A DNA stretch of 64,000 nt from Tubiluchus corallicola. Lineage: Eukaryota; Animalia; Priapulida. The stretch lies in the NCBI GenBank assembly GCA_030141605.1, contig JAQGDQ010000137.1:310001-374000 (forward strand), given 5' to 3'. This document shows positions 14,151-28,300 of this stretch, piece after piece (position 1 is the stretch's first letter; the number at the start of each line of letters is the position of its first letter). The notes under the pieces are model-generated. The model searched no databases. It was not told where the DNA came from and worked only from the letters and a program-made list of their open reading frames with translations. The position numbers were made by a program, and so were the translations under genes.

Positions 14151-15734
14151 AGTAGTCAAAGTTTCTATCAGTATCCATCCTCACATAATGGCAAAACCGT
14201 ACATGTTTCTTAATCCAGTCATCTTAATTTGTGTACGCGCATGCCTATTATTTCGACTAATATTTTAACAAATAATAATCTTTCTATCTTTTATATCATG
14301 ACATATGTGAGTTTCATACATTATATCATTCCACTACGAAGAACTAAATGTTTTCTTTATCACATGATTCACCGCATAATTTTCAGTTCATTTTCATTAC
14401 TTTTTAACTTTCGCAGGGTGGGACAATCTGACAAGCCCTGCTTTTGATTTCCTGTAACGCATTTACATTTATATATAGGCAAACTAAGTGAGACTTTTCT
14501 TGTACAGTAACAGTAAAAAATTATTTTTATTATGTTCATTTGTAGGCCCTTTCACTATATTTTGTACATAAAATTATTGTAAAGTGTTATGTGAAATAAA
14601 TGACTTATAACTTATGCAAATTCCCCTCATTACACAGTGCACACACGGAATAAGGTAAGAATTACAACTACATTGCAAATTTTTACTCTTTTTATTCATT
14701 ATATATGTAATGAATTCACCACCTGCGGGTTGGTGATTCAAGGTCATTGATACAAATTGTTATGCTGCCAAGCGGCTGGAAAGAAAAATTCTGTGTCGAA
14801 GGTCGATTCGCTTTTTAACACATGGTTGTTTTAGGCGACGTCTAATGATAAATCACATTGCATGGGTCTGAAAGCTGCTGACTACTCAGCCAGAAATAAA
14901 TTATTATAATGATTATAGCCTGGGGATTTTTAGAAGTTTTATTAGTTGCTAAACCGCTGATGTTACGGGTATGTTTGACTGACCAATGCAGAGGAAACGA
15001 TGGCACCCTAAATTTCCATCACGAGCAGCAAACTGTTTGACCGTTGTTGTACAATTAGTGTACAGTATTATTTTTTCTATTAGACACTGACGATTCAAGT
15101 AAGTGATAGTCTGTTTATAATGCGTTTACTGACAAATTATCATAGTTTCGTAAATTTATTTAATTTAATAAGACGCTAATAAGTAATAGCAAGTATAAGA
15201 CTAATAAATTAAGAAGGATAACGATTATGCATTTGGAATTAAGTATTAAAATAGAATGATTGACTGTTTTATTATTTTACTGCTTAGTTAGTGTAGTACA
15301 TGCTCATTAACACGTTTTACGTGTTTTAATTTTCAGTAAACCTAGCGATACGCGTAAATAATAACTATTTTAGCGTTTAAAATTTAACGCAAAATACAAA
15401 CTGTATCAAAGGTCCCCCTTTCTAGTTTCGTTTTGTAAAATGCAGAATAAACATGCAGTTTGTCAATAATATGTATGTTGTTGTTGTTACAATTATAAAG
15501 TATATGCTCAACTGTTCCTGAATATTAGGTAGAAATTATGTAACTAAATACGTTCTGTCAACTCACAAATGTATAAACGAGTTAACTTTCTTGTTAAAAT
15601 TTCGTGGATAAAGTATTAGAGATTTGGAGGCTGCCTTTCTTAGATCTGTACTTGGTTTCTATCAGCGCCCTATTGATCCAGGAGATCCCAACGTTAGCTT
15701 AGCCCCAAATACTAAACTTTTGTGAAACCACCCA

Positions 15735-17500
15735 AATCATTAAGAAATCCGCAAGACTTTGTGCAAGCATTGAGAAATCCACGTGTGCTTTATGCAAGCA
15801 TTGAGAAATCCACGTGTGCTTTATGCAAGCATTGAGAAATCCACGTGTGCTTTATGCAAGCATTGAGAAATCCACGTGTGTTTTATGCAAGCATTGAGAA
15901 ATCCACGTGTGTTTTATGCAAGCATTGAGAAATCCACGTGTGCTTTATGCAAGTGTTGTGAATAAATTTATGAATATGTATTTTGGTAGATAATTAATGG
16001 AGTTATCAGCTGAATTAGATTCAGTTGATAAACTCACGCCTCCCTGATTTCATGAAATAAATTTACACGGTTGAACAAGAAACTCATCCAGCTGGTAGTC
16101 CGAATTTAATGCGTTAGAATTGTCACACGAGTTATAGAAAGTGCAGGTGTCGTGTTTAAGAAAGACACTATTGTTTAACAGGGATACATGCAGAGTAGGA
16201 GCTAATTAAGAGAAGTTCTAGAGCGATTTAAGTGTCGCGTGGAAATAATTTAATGATAGGAGCCAAGGTCTCTATCAGTGCTCAGCGACATTAGATGGAA
16301 ATCTGAAGATCTGCCGACAAGACGGTACTCAAAGGCGATGGAATTCAAGAGAACTCATTACTGATTGTAAAATCAGAAGTCGCTTTACGGGAGGTAGCAG
16401 ATGCTTGCAGATGTTGCCATATGGTACAATATCATCAAAGGTGAGCTCTCAGAAATATAAGCTCTAGGAAGAGTTACCTACACACACACGACGGGGTGAC
16501 CCTACGCGAGTGTCACACAAAACGAGCGAGGGAGTCTGACAAGTGGTTTGCTACCATACCGTGTGTCCGGGACGAACTTCTACAAGACGAGAAGCAGCGT
16601 TTAGCCCAGCGTGGATCGGAATCTACGTTCTTAGCCAAGACTGAGCACTGGTGCGACGTGGTCTCGATAAGCAATCAGGATTTGACCAAGTGTAGGGGTA
16701 CATTGGTCAATCCTCAAGTTAAGTGGTTCAACTTATTTGCATCTGAATCTGAATCTGAATAACTGTAACTGTCGCATTGCATTAAGCACCTTCCGTGCAA
16801 CATATCGAATTGTTAGTACTCAAAGTGAATAGCATCTTCTCTGGAGCTATACTCTAGTTGTAAGCGCCCACCGGCGTATAAGATCAAATCTTGTAAGTAA
16901 AGCCAGAGTTGATAAAGTGCAATTGTAATTCAATAAAGTCTGTTCACTGTAGTAACACAGACATCGAGTTCTTGTATGATTAAGAGCGTTCGCGGTAAAT
17001 TGCTAAGCATCACTAAATCCTAGATACGAACTTGTGAGATTCGCATTGTACTTAAGAAAGCTCAATTGCGGGAGCTACGCTTGTTAACTTGAGGGAAATA
17101 GGCCTCACTCACAACGCAAGGTCGAAGTGATAGTCTTGAAGGACATCATCATTGCCTGATTGACTGAACTAAAGCCCTCGGAGTCAGGTGACTGAGAATC
17201 GATCAATCACCTCATAGCGAACGGGAAGCGAATCGATAAAATCTATAAAATCTATACAATTAATTCATGATCACTCGATACGGCTAGATAAACTATACGA
17301 TCGATCTATCGAGAAAAGAGGTCGTGATACAAGCATTGAGAAATCCACGTGTGCCTTATGCAAACATTAAGAAATCCACGTGTGCTTTATGCAAGCATTG
17401 AGAAATCCACGTGCGGTGTATGCAACCATTGAGAAATCCACGTGTGCTGTATGCAAACATTGAGAAATCCACGTGTGCTTTATGCAACCATTGAGAAATC
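15735..17500. repeat. 31-bp satellite GCAAGCATTGAGAAATCCACGTGTGCTTTAT (~12 copies) split by an insertion
   Basis: Copies at ~15735-15953 resume in register at 17330-17500. Confidence 0.93.
15954..17329 (+). mobile_element. Solo-LTR-like insertion (gypsy-like 4-bp TSD)
   Basis: Begins TGTTG and is flanked by CAAG/CAAG duplicated from the satellite unit. Has internal TATAAG (~16877) and AATAAA (~16932) and no long ORF. The 3' end is GTGATA rather than canonical CA. Confidence 0.65.
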
Positions 17501-17808
17501 GTAGCTGCGCTTGATGGTGATTTTGGAAATTTACAGGCCTTTGGAATGAGGAAAACCGGGCTACACGACGATGCGGGTCTCCTTTACAAACGACTCTAGC
17601 AGGGGTTACTAGATACTTTGAAACGTTTTTTGTTTCAGTTCTAGTTTATTAAATTTTCAAAATGATACATTACAAAAACAGTAAACGATTATTTAGACAA
17701 CCCATGTGCATATATACATATAGCCCTATATTTTATGTCGTAAAATGAACAAGGCTAATGTAAAAGTGACGATGAATCAAGAGTTTCTGCATTTAAAAAG
17801 GTGAAAGG

Positions 17809-17923
17809 AGGTTACAATTCCTCGCACTATTTAAATATTCTAACCTTAACCTTAACCCTAATCCTAATACTAACCCTAATCCGCTTCATGAACTAATTTC
17901 TTATGTGTGGAGAATTGTAAACT
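17809..17923. mobile_element. Small TIR element containing degenerate (TAACCC)-like repeats
   Basis: AGGTTACAATTCCTCGCAC ... GTGTGGAGAATTGTAAACT inverted ends around TAACCT/TAACCC units. Confidence 0.55.
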
Positions 17924-18934
17924 TTAGCCAAAAAAGTTTGCTATAGTGGCAAATATTATACTATAATCCACCAAGTAGTGCTCAACGAAGCTGTTACCAT
18001 TATTGCAACAGCTCGGTTCATAGTTTAGCAGAAAAACTTGTTTAATCAATTTCCTTTGGCATAGATGTGTCACTTTCCTGAGGGCGATTGTACAACTGGT
18101 TTGACTACCAGTCAAGAATTCTAACACGGCCAGGCCCAGGAATTAAATAACTAGCTGATATCACAGCTTTGCTCTGCTACAATAGGGGGTCCTACTACGG
18201 TCACTTCTGTGTAAATCTAGCAGTTATTTCTTTTTTTACCAAAATGACTGTAGTGGGACGTCCTATCGCATCAGAACCAGTAGCGAATGTACAGTTAATT
18301 CCTGGGCTTGGCTGTTAGAATTTTTGAAACTACTAGCTGGTACAGCTATATTCCAATAATTAGCAGATTTCCACAAAGATGTAAAGTCTACCTTGCAAGC
18401 AAGAGAAGGCACAGCTTGCGGCCATGCCATTAACGCCATGACAATGATGATACATGGAGAACCAAATCTTGTCGATTTTAAAATTCTAAACTCTAGACTT
18501 TTAATCGTTGCCATACATACCAAATAAAATTTCGATTTTGGACCCTGGGTAATTTGGTTATTATTTCAGTATAAAAGAAGCATATTTAATAAAAGTTGCA
18601 CAACAGCGAACAATGTTAGTAGTAATAAATGCAGACTGTATTTGGAAAGATAAAACAGAAAATGTACAAAACTCGTTAGTGAGAATAATGAATAGGCTAT
18701 TCCTGACTATACTATTCTGTATAATGATGTTACTCAGTGTTAAAGAAAATCATGGCAGACGACTTTCGTCCGCTACATGAACAATCTACGTTTCTGTAAC
18801 ACAAAGTAAGATTAAATGTACCCTTTTCAAGACCAAATCGCTTTAAATTTTCATTTGTTCTCATTTCAGTAAAATCATTCACTAGTAGCTAAACAACTTT
18901 GATTGTTTTATTCTTGAACATTTGGGTTTATATG

Positions 18935-20507
18935 TGTTTGGAACTAAAACATATAAACTAAGTCTGGTAAAGAAAAGACATTTTAATTGAAAATATAAAG
19001 TTTGCTGGAAACCATTCAGACATTCTAGTTACAATCTAGTACAAAAACTGAATAGGACAAGAAGGGAAATCTTCTGAAAACAAAAATCATAATTGCAACG
19101 CAATTACGCAACTAACCTGATCCATCTGCCGTGATATTACAGATTATCGATGTCTGACATTCTCCCACTTAGACTTAATATCACACTATGCAACATCATA
19201 TTAAACAATAACTTAGACATTTAGGCCCAAGTTTTCAGCCCAAGTTTTGAACATAATTCTTCAAAGCGATTTTTCGTAAGAGGCTTTGTTAGAATGTCAG
19301 CAATCTTTTCTTTAGTATTACAATAATGAAGCTCCACTTGTTTATTTGCCACAGCTTCGCATCTAAAATGATAACACACATCAATATGTTATGCTTTTGA
19401 GTAGAACACGGGATTTTTCGAGATAGCCAATGCGGCTTGATTGTCCTCTTGTATCAAAATAGGTCCATAATCTTCATTTCTGAATTCACTATGCAGTTGA
19501 CGCATAAAAATTGCTTCCTTCGTTGCATGACTCAATGCTACATATTCGGCTTGAGCAGTAGATGTAGTAATTCCTTTCTGTTTACCACTATACCAGCTTA
19601 TTGCTCCGTCTCCCATGAGAAATGCATATCCAGAGGTGGAGTGACGATCATCTAAATCCTGAGCGTAGTCAGCATCTGAAAAACCAACCACTTTGTTATC
19701 ATTTCGTTGATACCATAAAACTAAATTTTTCGTTTTTTTCAAATAACGTAGAACTCTTTTGGCGGCTGTTAGGTGTGAATGATTTGGTTCTGTATTGCAT
19801 TTTGCGACGTTCGATACTGCATACTGAATGTCTGGCCTAGTTCTCATAGCAATGTAAAGTAAGCTTCCAACTAATGATTGGTAGAAGAACTTATCAACAG
19901 GTTTTGAGATTCCATTGTCTCTCATCAATGTTACGTTTGGGTCTGAAGGTGTTGAAACAGTTTTTCCTTCATCCAAGCCATACTTGTTGAGCTTCTTGTG
20001 TCAATAAAATTTTACCATTTTCAACATCTCGAATACAGGTGATGCCTAAAAAAATGGTGTAGCGGACCCATGTCTTTCATGTGAAAACGTTTCATCAAAT
20101 CCTCTTTTGTTTGCTTCAAAACTTGATCACTTTCAGTGATCAGGACAAGATCAGCGACATACAGAGCAATAAATGTCAATGGCTCTTCCTTTTTAAAAAC
20201 ACAGTTATCTGATTTGAGCTGAACAAAACCAATGTTTTGATGTAATCACAGAATGTTGTATTCCAGCATCTGGGAGATTGTTTTAAGCCATACAAAGATC
20301 GTTGCAATTGGCATACAGAATTTTCCTGTTTTTCCTTGTCCTTGTCCTTAATTTAAATTATAAAGTTTGCTGAAAACCAATCAGACATTCTAGTACAAAA
20401 ACTGAATAAGACAAAAATCTTCTGAAAACAAAAATCATAATTGTAACGCAATTACGCAACTACACTGACCCATCTGCCGTGATATTACAGGCTATCGATG
20501 TCTAACA
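18935..20507 (-). mobile_element. Internally deleted Ty1/copia LTR retrotransposon (RT C-terminus + RNase H remnant)
   Basis: ORF 19389-19976 has YQSLVGSLLY, RPDI, GFSDADYA, STSGY, SSTAEAEY-like and EDNQAA motifs; upstream LYGLKQSPRCW remnant. Two LTR copies (~18935-19159 and ~20350-20507) start TGT on the minus strand; PPT AAGTGGGAGAA abuts the 3' LTR; possible TSD atatg/atata. Stops and frameshifts are present. Confidence 0.93.
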
Positions 20508-22539
20508 ATATATACAGTTGAATTAAATTAGATTTGTGAACTTGTTGTGCTTACTTAACTAGTATGTACAAAGTATAAACGAAAAGTTTCATGTATACCG
20601 TGTGTACAATATCAGTACCAATAAAAATGTTAATAAGCTCAGTTCTAAAATGTTTCATCGCAGTGCACTTTAAACAGTGGCAGCCTACAGCTAAAATTGT
20701 TTTTTTAATTATAAAGAAACAAAGGGTAAAATTTTTGCCTTTTCATACAACGTGAAACAGCTGATTGCGCTAGTGTTGTTTACGTATCTAACACACGGGT
20801 GTTATGCCAGTCTGCGTGGAATGCCCTTGCCACACACACGCGACATTTAAATCAATCGACATTATATATTTACATAACACATAAATAACAGTAAAACCTT
20901 GATGTACTGTTAATTGATGACGTCATTAGCTACAAACTAGCTACTGGACAAAAAACGCCGTGCATCTTCTCATTTTTATCACCATTTGTTGTATTTTATG
21001 ATCATTAACGGTTAACCAGCGATCAATTTTGCAAGTAAAGCAGCCTTAATGTTCTGAACGCAACAGGAAAGTTGTGTGGTTATTCATTATACTGGGTCAT
21101 TTAGATTCACGAAGGCCTAGCCCTAAATCGAACTAACCCTATGTTTGCACTAACCAAACGAATGCACATGATTTTTAGTTATAGTTGCCTTTTGCACCTG
21201 CACCTATTGACTATTATTATTATTTTTAGCAATTTATGAAGTGCATTATGTGTGTAAAATAATTACGATCTAATGACGCTCATTTAATAAAATTAACATA
21301 CAAATCGAAGATATACAAAATATAAAATTTCTAGAATTGAACATTGTAGGACTGTCTGGGTATCTTTAAAAAGGCAAAAAAATTAGTAAATACATGTATT
21401 ACAAAACACAAAAACTTAACAATCATGTAACATAATCATATTGTTAGCAAGAAATACAAAATTCTATCGTTTTTTACCATTGCATTGATGCAGCCTGAAG
21501 GTAAGACACTAAAACTACCCACAGTAATTCATTATACGCTGTTTTCTAAGAGCTAACACCTGTCTTACACCAGGCTACCCAGATGATGAACGGAGCAGCA
21601 TAAACAGGGTTTTTTCTTATCTATTTACGGGCTGTCCTGTAATAGCAGCTGCCCTGATCTCCTCCTACTCACCTACAGCACCTACAACGGCGCCCAGATA
21701 TGGGTGGACGGAACGGTACGATTAGCGCATCAGAATGACATCAGCTCTCAGGAAGACCTGTGTTACTCTAGCCACCTTGACGAACCACCTCTACAGTCCG
21801 CCTGATTGACTCGTCCTTGCTACTTAATGACCACAGCGAAGCCTCAGAGAATGAAGGCGCGAGAGTAGGAGCTATGCACCTCTGAGACTTCGTCCAAGTT
21901 CTGCAAATCCTTCAGTATCTGCTCGCACCAGAACAACAAAATTAAAGCAACTCGTTGGAGCAATATAAATGGCAACGCAGGCCGTGGAACAAATGACGTC
22001 TGACATCAGTCAAATCACATTATGACTAACAGAACAATCGTTGTCATGGTAGCATATTGTCATTTTTACGTGATGACGTTTATGACCAAGATGCAATAGT
22101 GGAAGACAATGATAACTGATTCCAAGACGACGAGCACAATAATCTTCTGAAATTCTTTTTGACATGAGGCATAATTTTTTTGTAATATTTACCTTTCGTT
22201 AATAGCGTCAAATTGTAAAAGACCCGTGGTGACGATCACAATTAGTCGTTTTGTTTGTGATTTGTTGTCACGTGTTTCATGTCACAGGGTTCGATATTAT
22301 AAAATTATCATCAGTATAAAGAATGTCCTTTTTATGTTAGAACATAATGGAAAGGGAAATGATTCCTTAGCATTAAATTGTTTAAAAATATAGGCAGCGA
22401 CTGTAATATCCGCCACGTGTAGATGATAATCCATTAGACCTTACAATGTCATTTTTAATTTTTTACATTTAAAAACAATGCCAATTATTTATGATGTAGC
22501 TCATAAATTATAATGTATATTAGTAAATTTATTTATAGA

Positions 22540-23367
22540 CTAGCAAAGGCCCCGCAAAAGATTTTGCGTATAAATACACGTGTAATCAATAATACGCAAA
22601 CGTCCTACCAAGTCCTCATTTATAACACAAAGCCCCTAACATCCTGCCTACTTACCTAACGCAGTAGGCTGTAGCAGCGTTTACTCGTGCCTACTGTATG
22701 CTTAACTAACGCAAAGCAGCTTTTTGCTGAATTAAGCCAGCAGAGTACAATGGATGACGTCAGCACAATGGAATGCGTTAGGACAGTTTTCTAAGCGAAA
22801 ATCGCCGAAAATAGAACATCTAATTAACTCGCTAGTACTCCTCTCGGTGGACCTGCCCTAACATATAGCCCACATCATCGTGTAGCCCTGTCCTTCCACT
22901 TTGTAAAGAGCCCCATATCTCCTTCCCAGAGTCCCACCGGGCGACGCTAAAACGTTTTTCCCGCATGCTGTTTGGTCAAAATTTCGAAAAAATCGCGAGT
23001 TGGGTCCGGGAAAACGCCCGTTGCGGGGCGCCGTGGCCCTCTCACAAAATCTAAGTAGGCCTATGACACCCATCGCTGAACGGGCTATCTATCCATACCC
23101 AGAACCACCCTCGGCCCGTTAAAGTTCTCTACATCTCAGGCGTATAACTTTTGCAAAAAACGGCCGAAAAATGGCCATTTTTGGAGGTTTTTCGCCCCCC
23201 GTTCCTCGCGGTGGGCGCGATTCGAAAAATAAACCCCCAATGAGACGACACTAGATCGAGACCTTTCTTTTGATATATAGATCGCCGCAAATGGTGCCCT
23301 CGCCCGGGCTGTAGCCTCGAATCTTATATATATATATATACCAAGAATATTAATATAAGAGTATAGA
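22540..23367 (-). mobile_element. Non-autonomous Helitron
   Basis: Minus strand starts TCTATAC and ends with hairpin CGCAAAA-TC-TTTTGCG, a 9-nt spacer and CTAG. Inserted between A and T with no TSD. GC-rich relative to flanks. Confidence 0.88.
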
Positions 23368-23669
23368 TATTTCCAATTTCACATTTCTTGTTTTTCAGGT
23401 TTCTTTTCAAATTTAGTTAATTGTAAATTTGTATCACATTAAAAAACACGTTTTTCTCAAATTAGACGCAAGTCCCGTAATTTATCATGTTTTTCTTTGA
23501 AAATACGCATCCCTTTTAGGGCTAATTCAAAACAGTCACAGTGAATTTATTACTACGTACCGGATAACGAAAATTCACAGTGTTTAGTTGGCATGTGCAT
23601 ATGGGCTAACTAGATGGTCAAGGTCTTAAAATTCAAATTGCATAAATTGGTGTGGGCTGTTGGGTGGTG

Positions 23670-23730
23670 ACTGCCTGACGTCATGCATATAATTATATAA
23701 ATTAGTCATCGGAAAGCAAGAATATATTTA
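23670..23730 (+). promoter_or_regulatory. Candidate core promoter of the EF-hand gene (CRE + TATA)
   Basis: TGACGTCA at 23676-23683 and TATATAA at ~23694-23700, about 70 bp before the ATG at 23765. An acceptor-like TTTTTACAG at 23750 leaves an upstream UTR exon possible. Confidence 0.45.
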
Positions 23731-23764
23731 TACAGCTATGCTTTTTACAGGCAGCTTGTAAAAT

Positions 23765-25231
23765 ATGCCTAGGTCAACCAAAAGAGGCGAGCGGATCCTC
23801 CAAACTGTGAGGGAAAGCTACATCACTTGCATGTCAGATCCTGAGAAGCAGCCAAGGAACAGACTTAGCGATTTTCAAACGGAAAAACTAAGTTTTTACT
23901 TTAGTATTATCGGTATGATTAAATGCTATTATTATGATGTAAAACTGTGAGCGTGGAGCAGTATATACGTTTATTTCTGTAATTTATAAACTATGTTGTC
24001 TGGATTCTAATAGTTCTTGATTATCACATAGCTTCTCACGTTCATAGTCAGCAATCTGTTTGAGGCGTTCCAGTTCTACCACGGGATTTACTGTAGAGCA
24101 CTCAGAATCGAGTGTTTGGCTCACTGCCCAAATGGTCTCGAGAGTCTCGCCTCTAACGAAGCCTGTGTTCATGTCAGCGCCTGGTGTCACAGTATTTATT
24201 ATGCCAGTAGCTCTTTCCGTTGCATAGATAACGCAAGAAAAGATGTTTGATAAGTTGTTTTACACTGAAATCAGTGACCTATGTGCATTTGCATTGTAAC
24301 GGAACTGCGTTAGTGTCAGTTAAATTTACCAATAATCAAAGCTCTGACAATAAAGCCAGAAAGGACTGATCACAAGTCTGATATTTTCCAGAACAAATGT
24401 CTGGCCTGGGAAAATCTTATTCTATCAACAATTAATTAATAAAAGCAATTAATTAAAGGCTAATGTGTTTCAGATATTGATAAAGATGGCGTAATTACTC
24501 TTCCCGACGTTGATGCTTACAGCGAAGTAAGTTTCATGTTTTTCAAGAAGCCTTCACTGCAGTCTCTGTGTGTAATTCTTGCAAGTACATTACATAGGCC
24601 AAAACTTCAAGAAAGCGTAAAGTTTAAATGGTTTGCAACATTTTTACCCAATTCAAAATGCTGTTATAACTTACAAATTATTGTACTAAATGTTTGGGGT
24701 TTTGGTGGCAGTGCACAGCCTATTGTTTGATTCACTTTCGGATTTCCAACTAATTTTTGGACATATTGATGTCATTTGAACTCAGAAATGTGGAAAATTC
24801 TTTAAGGTAAAGAATTCATTAACCATTTAAAAAGCAGCAGCAGCAACAGCTGTCGTGATGTAAGTTTAATAAAACATTTTCTGTATAGGCCTACTTTCTT
24901 ACTTTATGTGAAATTGTCACAGATTCTAAGTTTGACACGAAATTCTAAAATTAAAGTTTTTAACGTTATTGCAGAGACACACATATATCAATTGCTCCAC
25001 TACCTAGTGAAGTGCATGTATTTGACCATTTCCATGCGTGGTTTGAACCTATTCAGTATTTTCATTTTTTTCATTTTTTTAGAAAATGCTGAAGTATGCT
25101 CAAACGCCAGAAGATGCAGATTTGTATGATTTGACATTTGATATCAATGAAAGTTTTTTTGAAAGCATGTGTACTCGTGTAGACCGGAAAGGTATTTTTC
25201 TACTTTTAAACCCGGTCTGCTGTACTCTTTG

Positions 25232-25321
<90 letters not shown>

Positions 25322-28300
25322 CTGTCTCCCTATTTCTGTCTCCGTCAGTAATTTATTAAAATATAATAAAAAAATTGATTTATTAAAGAGCCTTGTAGTA
25401 CATGATTAGAAACCAGTGATCCGCATTAGAGTGAATTCACGCAATTATTTCCATTGCCATATTAAATTCAAAACTTTTTACAATCACAGATGAATGAAGT
25501 GAAATGGCATTGTTTTAATAACGTAACTCTTGTGGAGAGTTTATCGTTTATGAAAAATTTGTAATTGAATGTGAGCAAAATAGATTACAACTCTTGAAAA
25601 ATTTTGTTCTTTCGCTGGGCTTGCGATTTTTTGGTCATTGATCAGCTCTGACGACTGCTACATTACAGCAGAAATTTAGAATAACTTCATTTTTTAACTT
25701 TAGACCTTAGGTTATCTGATTGGTTAGATGTTTGGGCGGAAGAGATGAAAGGCTGTGCTGCCATACGTGATTTCCCTTACTGGATACAAACCCACTGCAA
25801 GCTTTACTTTGAAATAATGGACAAAGACAGTGAGTTGTTCACACCGTCATCATGTTTCTTATATTTTATAGTCTTCTTGTATCTGTAGCTTAGCGCTACA
25901 GATTGAAAGTTTTTTGTTTTCATGTCTTTTCGAGTGAATTAAGATTCACTTTTTTTCACATGGTTGATTTCTCAAACCTTTTATCGAAATCATTATTTTG
26001 CCGTTTCATTTTTGAATCGTTTGTTATTCGGCGCATTTTGTGAATGGATGGATGGACTACTATCTGGTGGGCGCCAGCCCTGGATTAATTATTAAGGAAA
26101 ATAAGCACGTGCTTAGGGCTCAGGGTAATAGGGGCCCCGCGCAATATTTTCAAATCGAATAATTACCCAAAAGTAAAATATACCCAAATGTGTGTGGCGG
26201 TTTCTGTTTGTTTACAATATGGGCATCGAGATTCTGGCTACTGAGCAGCCTGAGCCGTTCGCTGTCCATGTGATGACATTGATATATTATATAATGTGTC
26301 ATAATATATTTCAAGTGTGATGCTTTTAAAAACGTAGTGATACGGAAAACAGGTAGGGTCATCTCTGTATTCTAATATCATTTTTACGCAAAGTAAAGCT
26401 GATGCCCTAGCATTTGAGGCAAGTTTTTCATTTTTAAACATAAAATTTCTTCTTACAGTTTAATATGTGTTTTTTTTCTGAATTACATTATGTATGGGTC
26501 TATAACTTTTGAGTGCTTAGGGCCTCTTGAGAACTTAAACCGGCCCTGGTGGGCACTGTGGAGAGTTGATTTACTGTTCGAGGATGGGTGAGACACCAAG
26601 TTCTCGGCTGATTCAGTACCCATTTAAAAGCGTCCTTTGATACTGATGTTCTAGCCGCCACAATCAACTACATTAAATGAATTCATGATAAATTGTCAAT
26701 ATATTCTCTGGGGCTCCACTTACCCCTCAAATTTAAATCCACTTCGTACACTGCAACGAAAGTTCTTGTGTAATCTTTACGGTGTTTATAAATTTTTTAC
26801 AATTTCTAAACAACACTTTAAAGGTATTAATCTATTGACAATTGATAATCTTGTTAAGTACAATATTGCGGTATTTATGCACAAAACCCACTTTAATTTG
26901 TTTCCGCATTTTTTCATAAATCCTATAAACAAAAATATGAAACAGCATAATACTGGGTATAAGGAATATTATGTCAGATATTGCAGAACCAACGTTGCTA
27001 AGCATTTTATTTCTTTTGTAAGTCCCAATGTTTGGAATTCTATTTCTTGTAATATCAGAACAGTATCATGTCAACCTAGATTTAAGAAGGAGATGAAAAC
27101 ATGTCTCTTAAATACATATTAGGTGGACTTGGTCTTCAACTTTTCTTGCTAATATTGTGTTCACCACGTTGGTTGCCACTCACAGTGCGTCCCTGTATAC
27201 ATAAATGACTTATCATGCTATAGCCATTTCATTGCATTTTCATCATATCACCTCATCGTTTTTCTAAATTTTTTAATAACTTTTGGCTTTTTTCTTCAAT
27301 TCTACATTAAGTACTTACACCCTAACCTTACCGTCATGTTATCTGTTTTATCTGTTCATCGCTCATCTCTTTTATCCTGCCCCTAACACACATGCATTGT
27401 AGCTGGGCTTTCCAAGTTCCAGCTTTTAGCTCAGCTGCAAGCAGTTACATCATTTGTTCACTAATAATTGGCAAGTAATTGTAGTAATTCTTGTTTTCAG
27501 TTAGTGTAATTGTATGTAGTATATCTTATTATGTAATTGTAGTGGTGTTTTTGTCTAATAAAATAAAAAATAAAAAAATAAAATAAAACTACCAAACCAA
27601 ATGACAGATGGCGCCTGCCAATTATGAAAAAATATAGCAGCCCAAATAGGTCCACTATTTTGCTGTAATGTGTACTTGAGCAGTTTACCAAGACAAATGA
27701 AATGCTTTCTTCCTGAAAAACTACCTCTGTTAAAACTATATGTGTTTATTTGTTTTAGGGCTCATACGCCAGTTTAAATCTTAAAAAGCAAACTGAATTT
27801 CGACAGCATTCCAGGTTTTATATGTAGCCTTATAAAATAGCTATACAAAATAACTATTGTAGCAATTATAAAACATTAACATTATAAAATTTAATATCTA
27901 TCATCTAATGTCTACAATTCCCGAATGCTTTTCAGCATTTGTACTCTTATTTTATTTAGCGGTGGTCGTGTTTTTCCTCATATTTTTTGTGTAGTGTAGT
28001 AATTTATTGATTTTTGGCCAATGGAACCGATCAAACAACAAGCATCCATACAAAAAAATTTACGTACAAATGCGAACAAACTTAGCTACAGTACATTGAA
28101 TGGTGACATCATGAGATTGCATCATACCAGTTAGTTTGTCATCAATATTTAAAAATTAAAGGTTTGGGATAGAACGTGGGATTGTATTTTCAAGGAAGTT
28201 GTGGGTAGTGTTATGTTTAGAGCAACATAGAATAAAATGGCATTCGTCACCGACTTCGTTACACTTGGCACATAGACACTCCTCTCGAGGAATAGGAGGT

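Noticed and set aside
15735-17500. CRISPR-like appearance of the 31-bp (and 46-bp) repeats
   Set aside because: Units are head-to-tail with no unique spacers, there are no cas genes, and the context is eukaryotic.
17841-17882. Interstitial telomere
   Set aside because: Only a few degenerate units, enclosed in a small TIR element.
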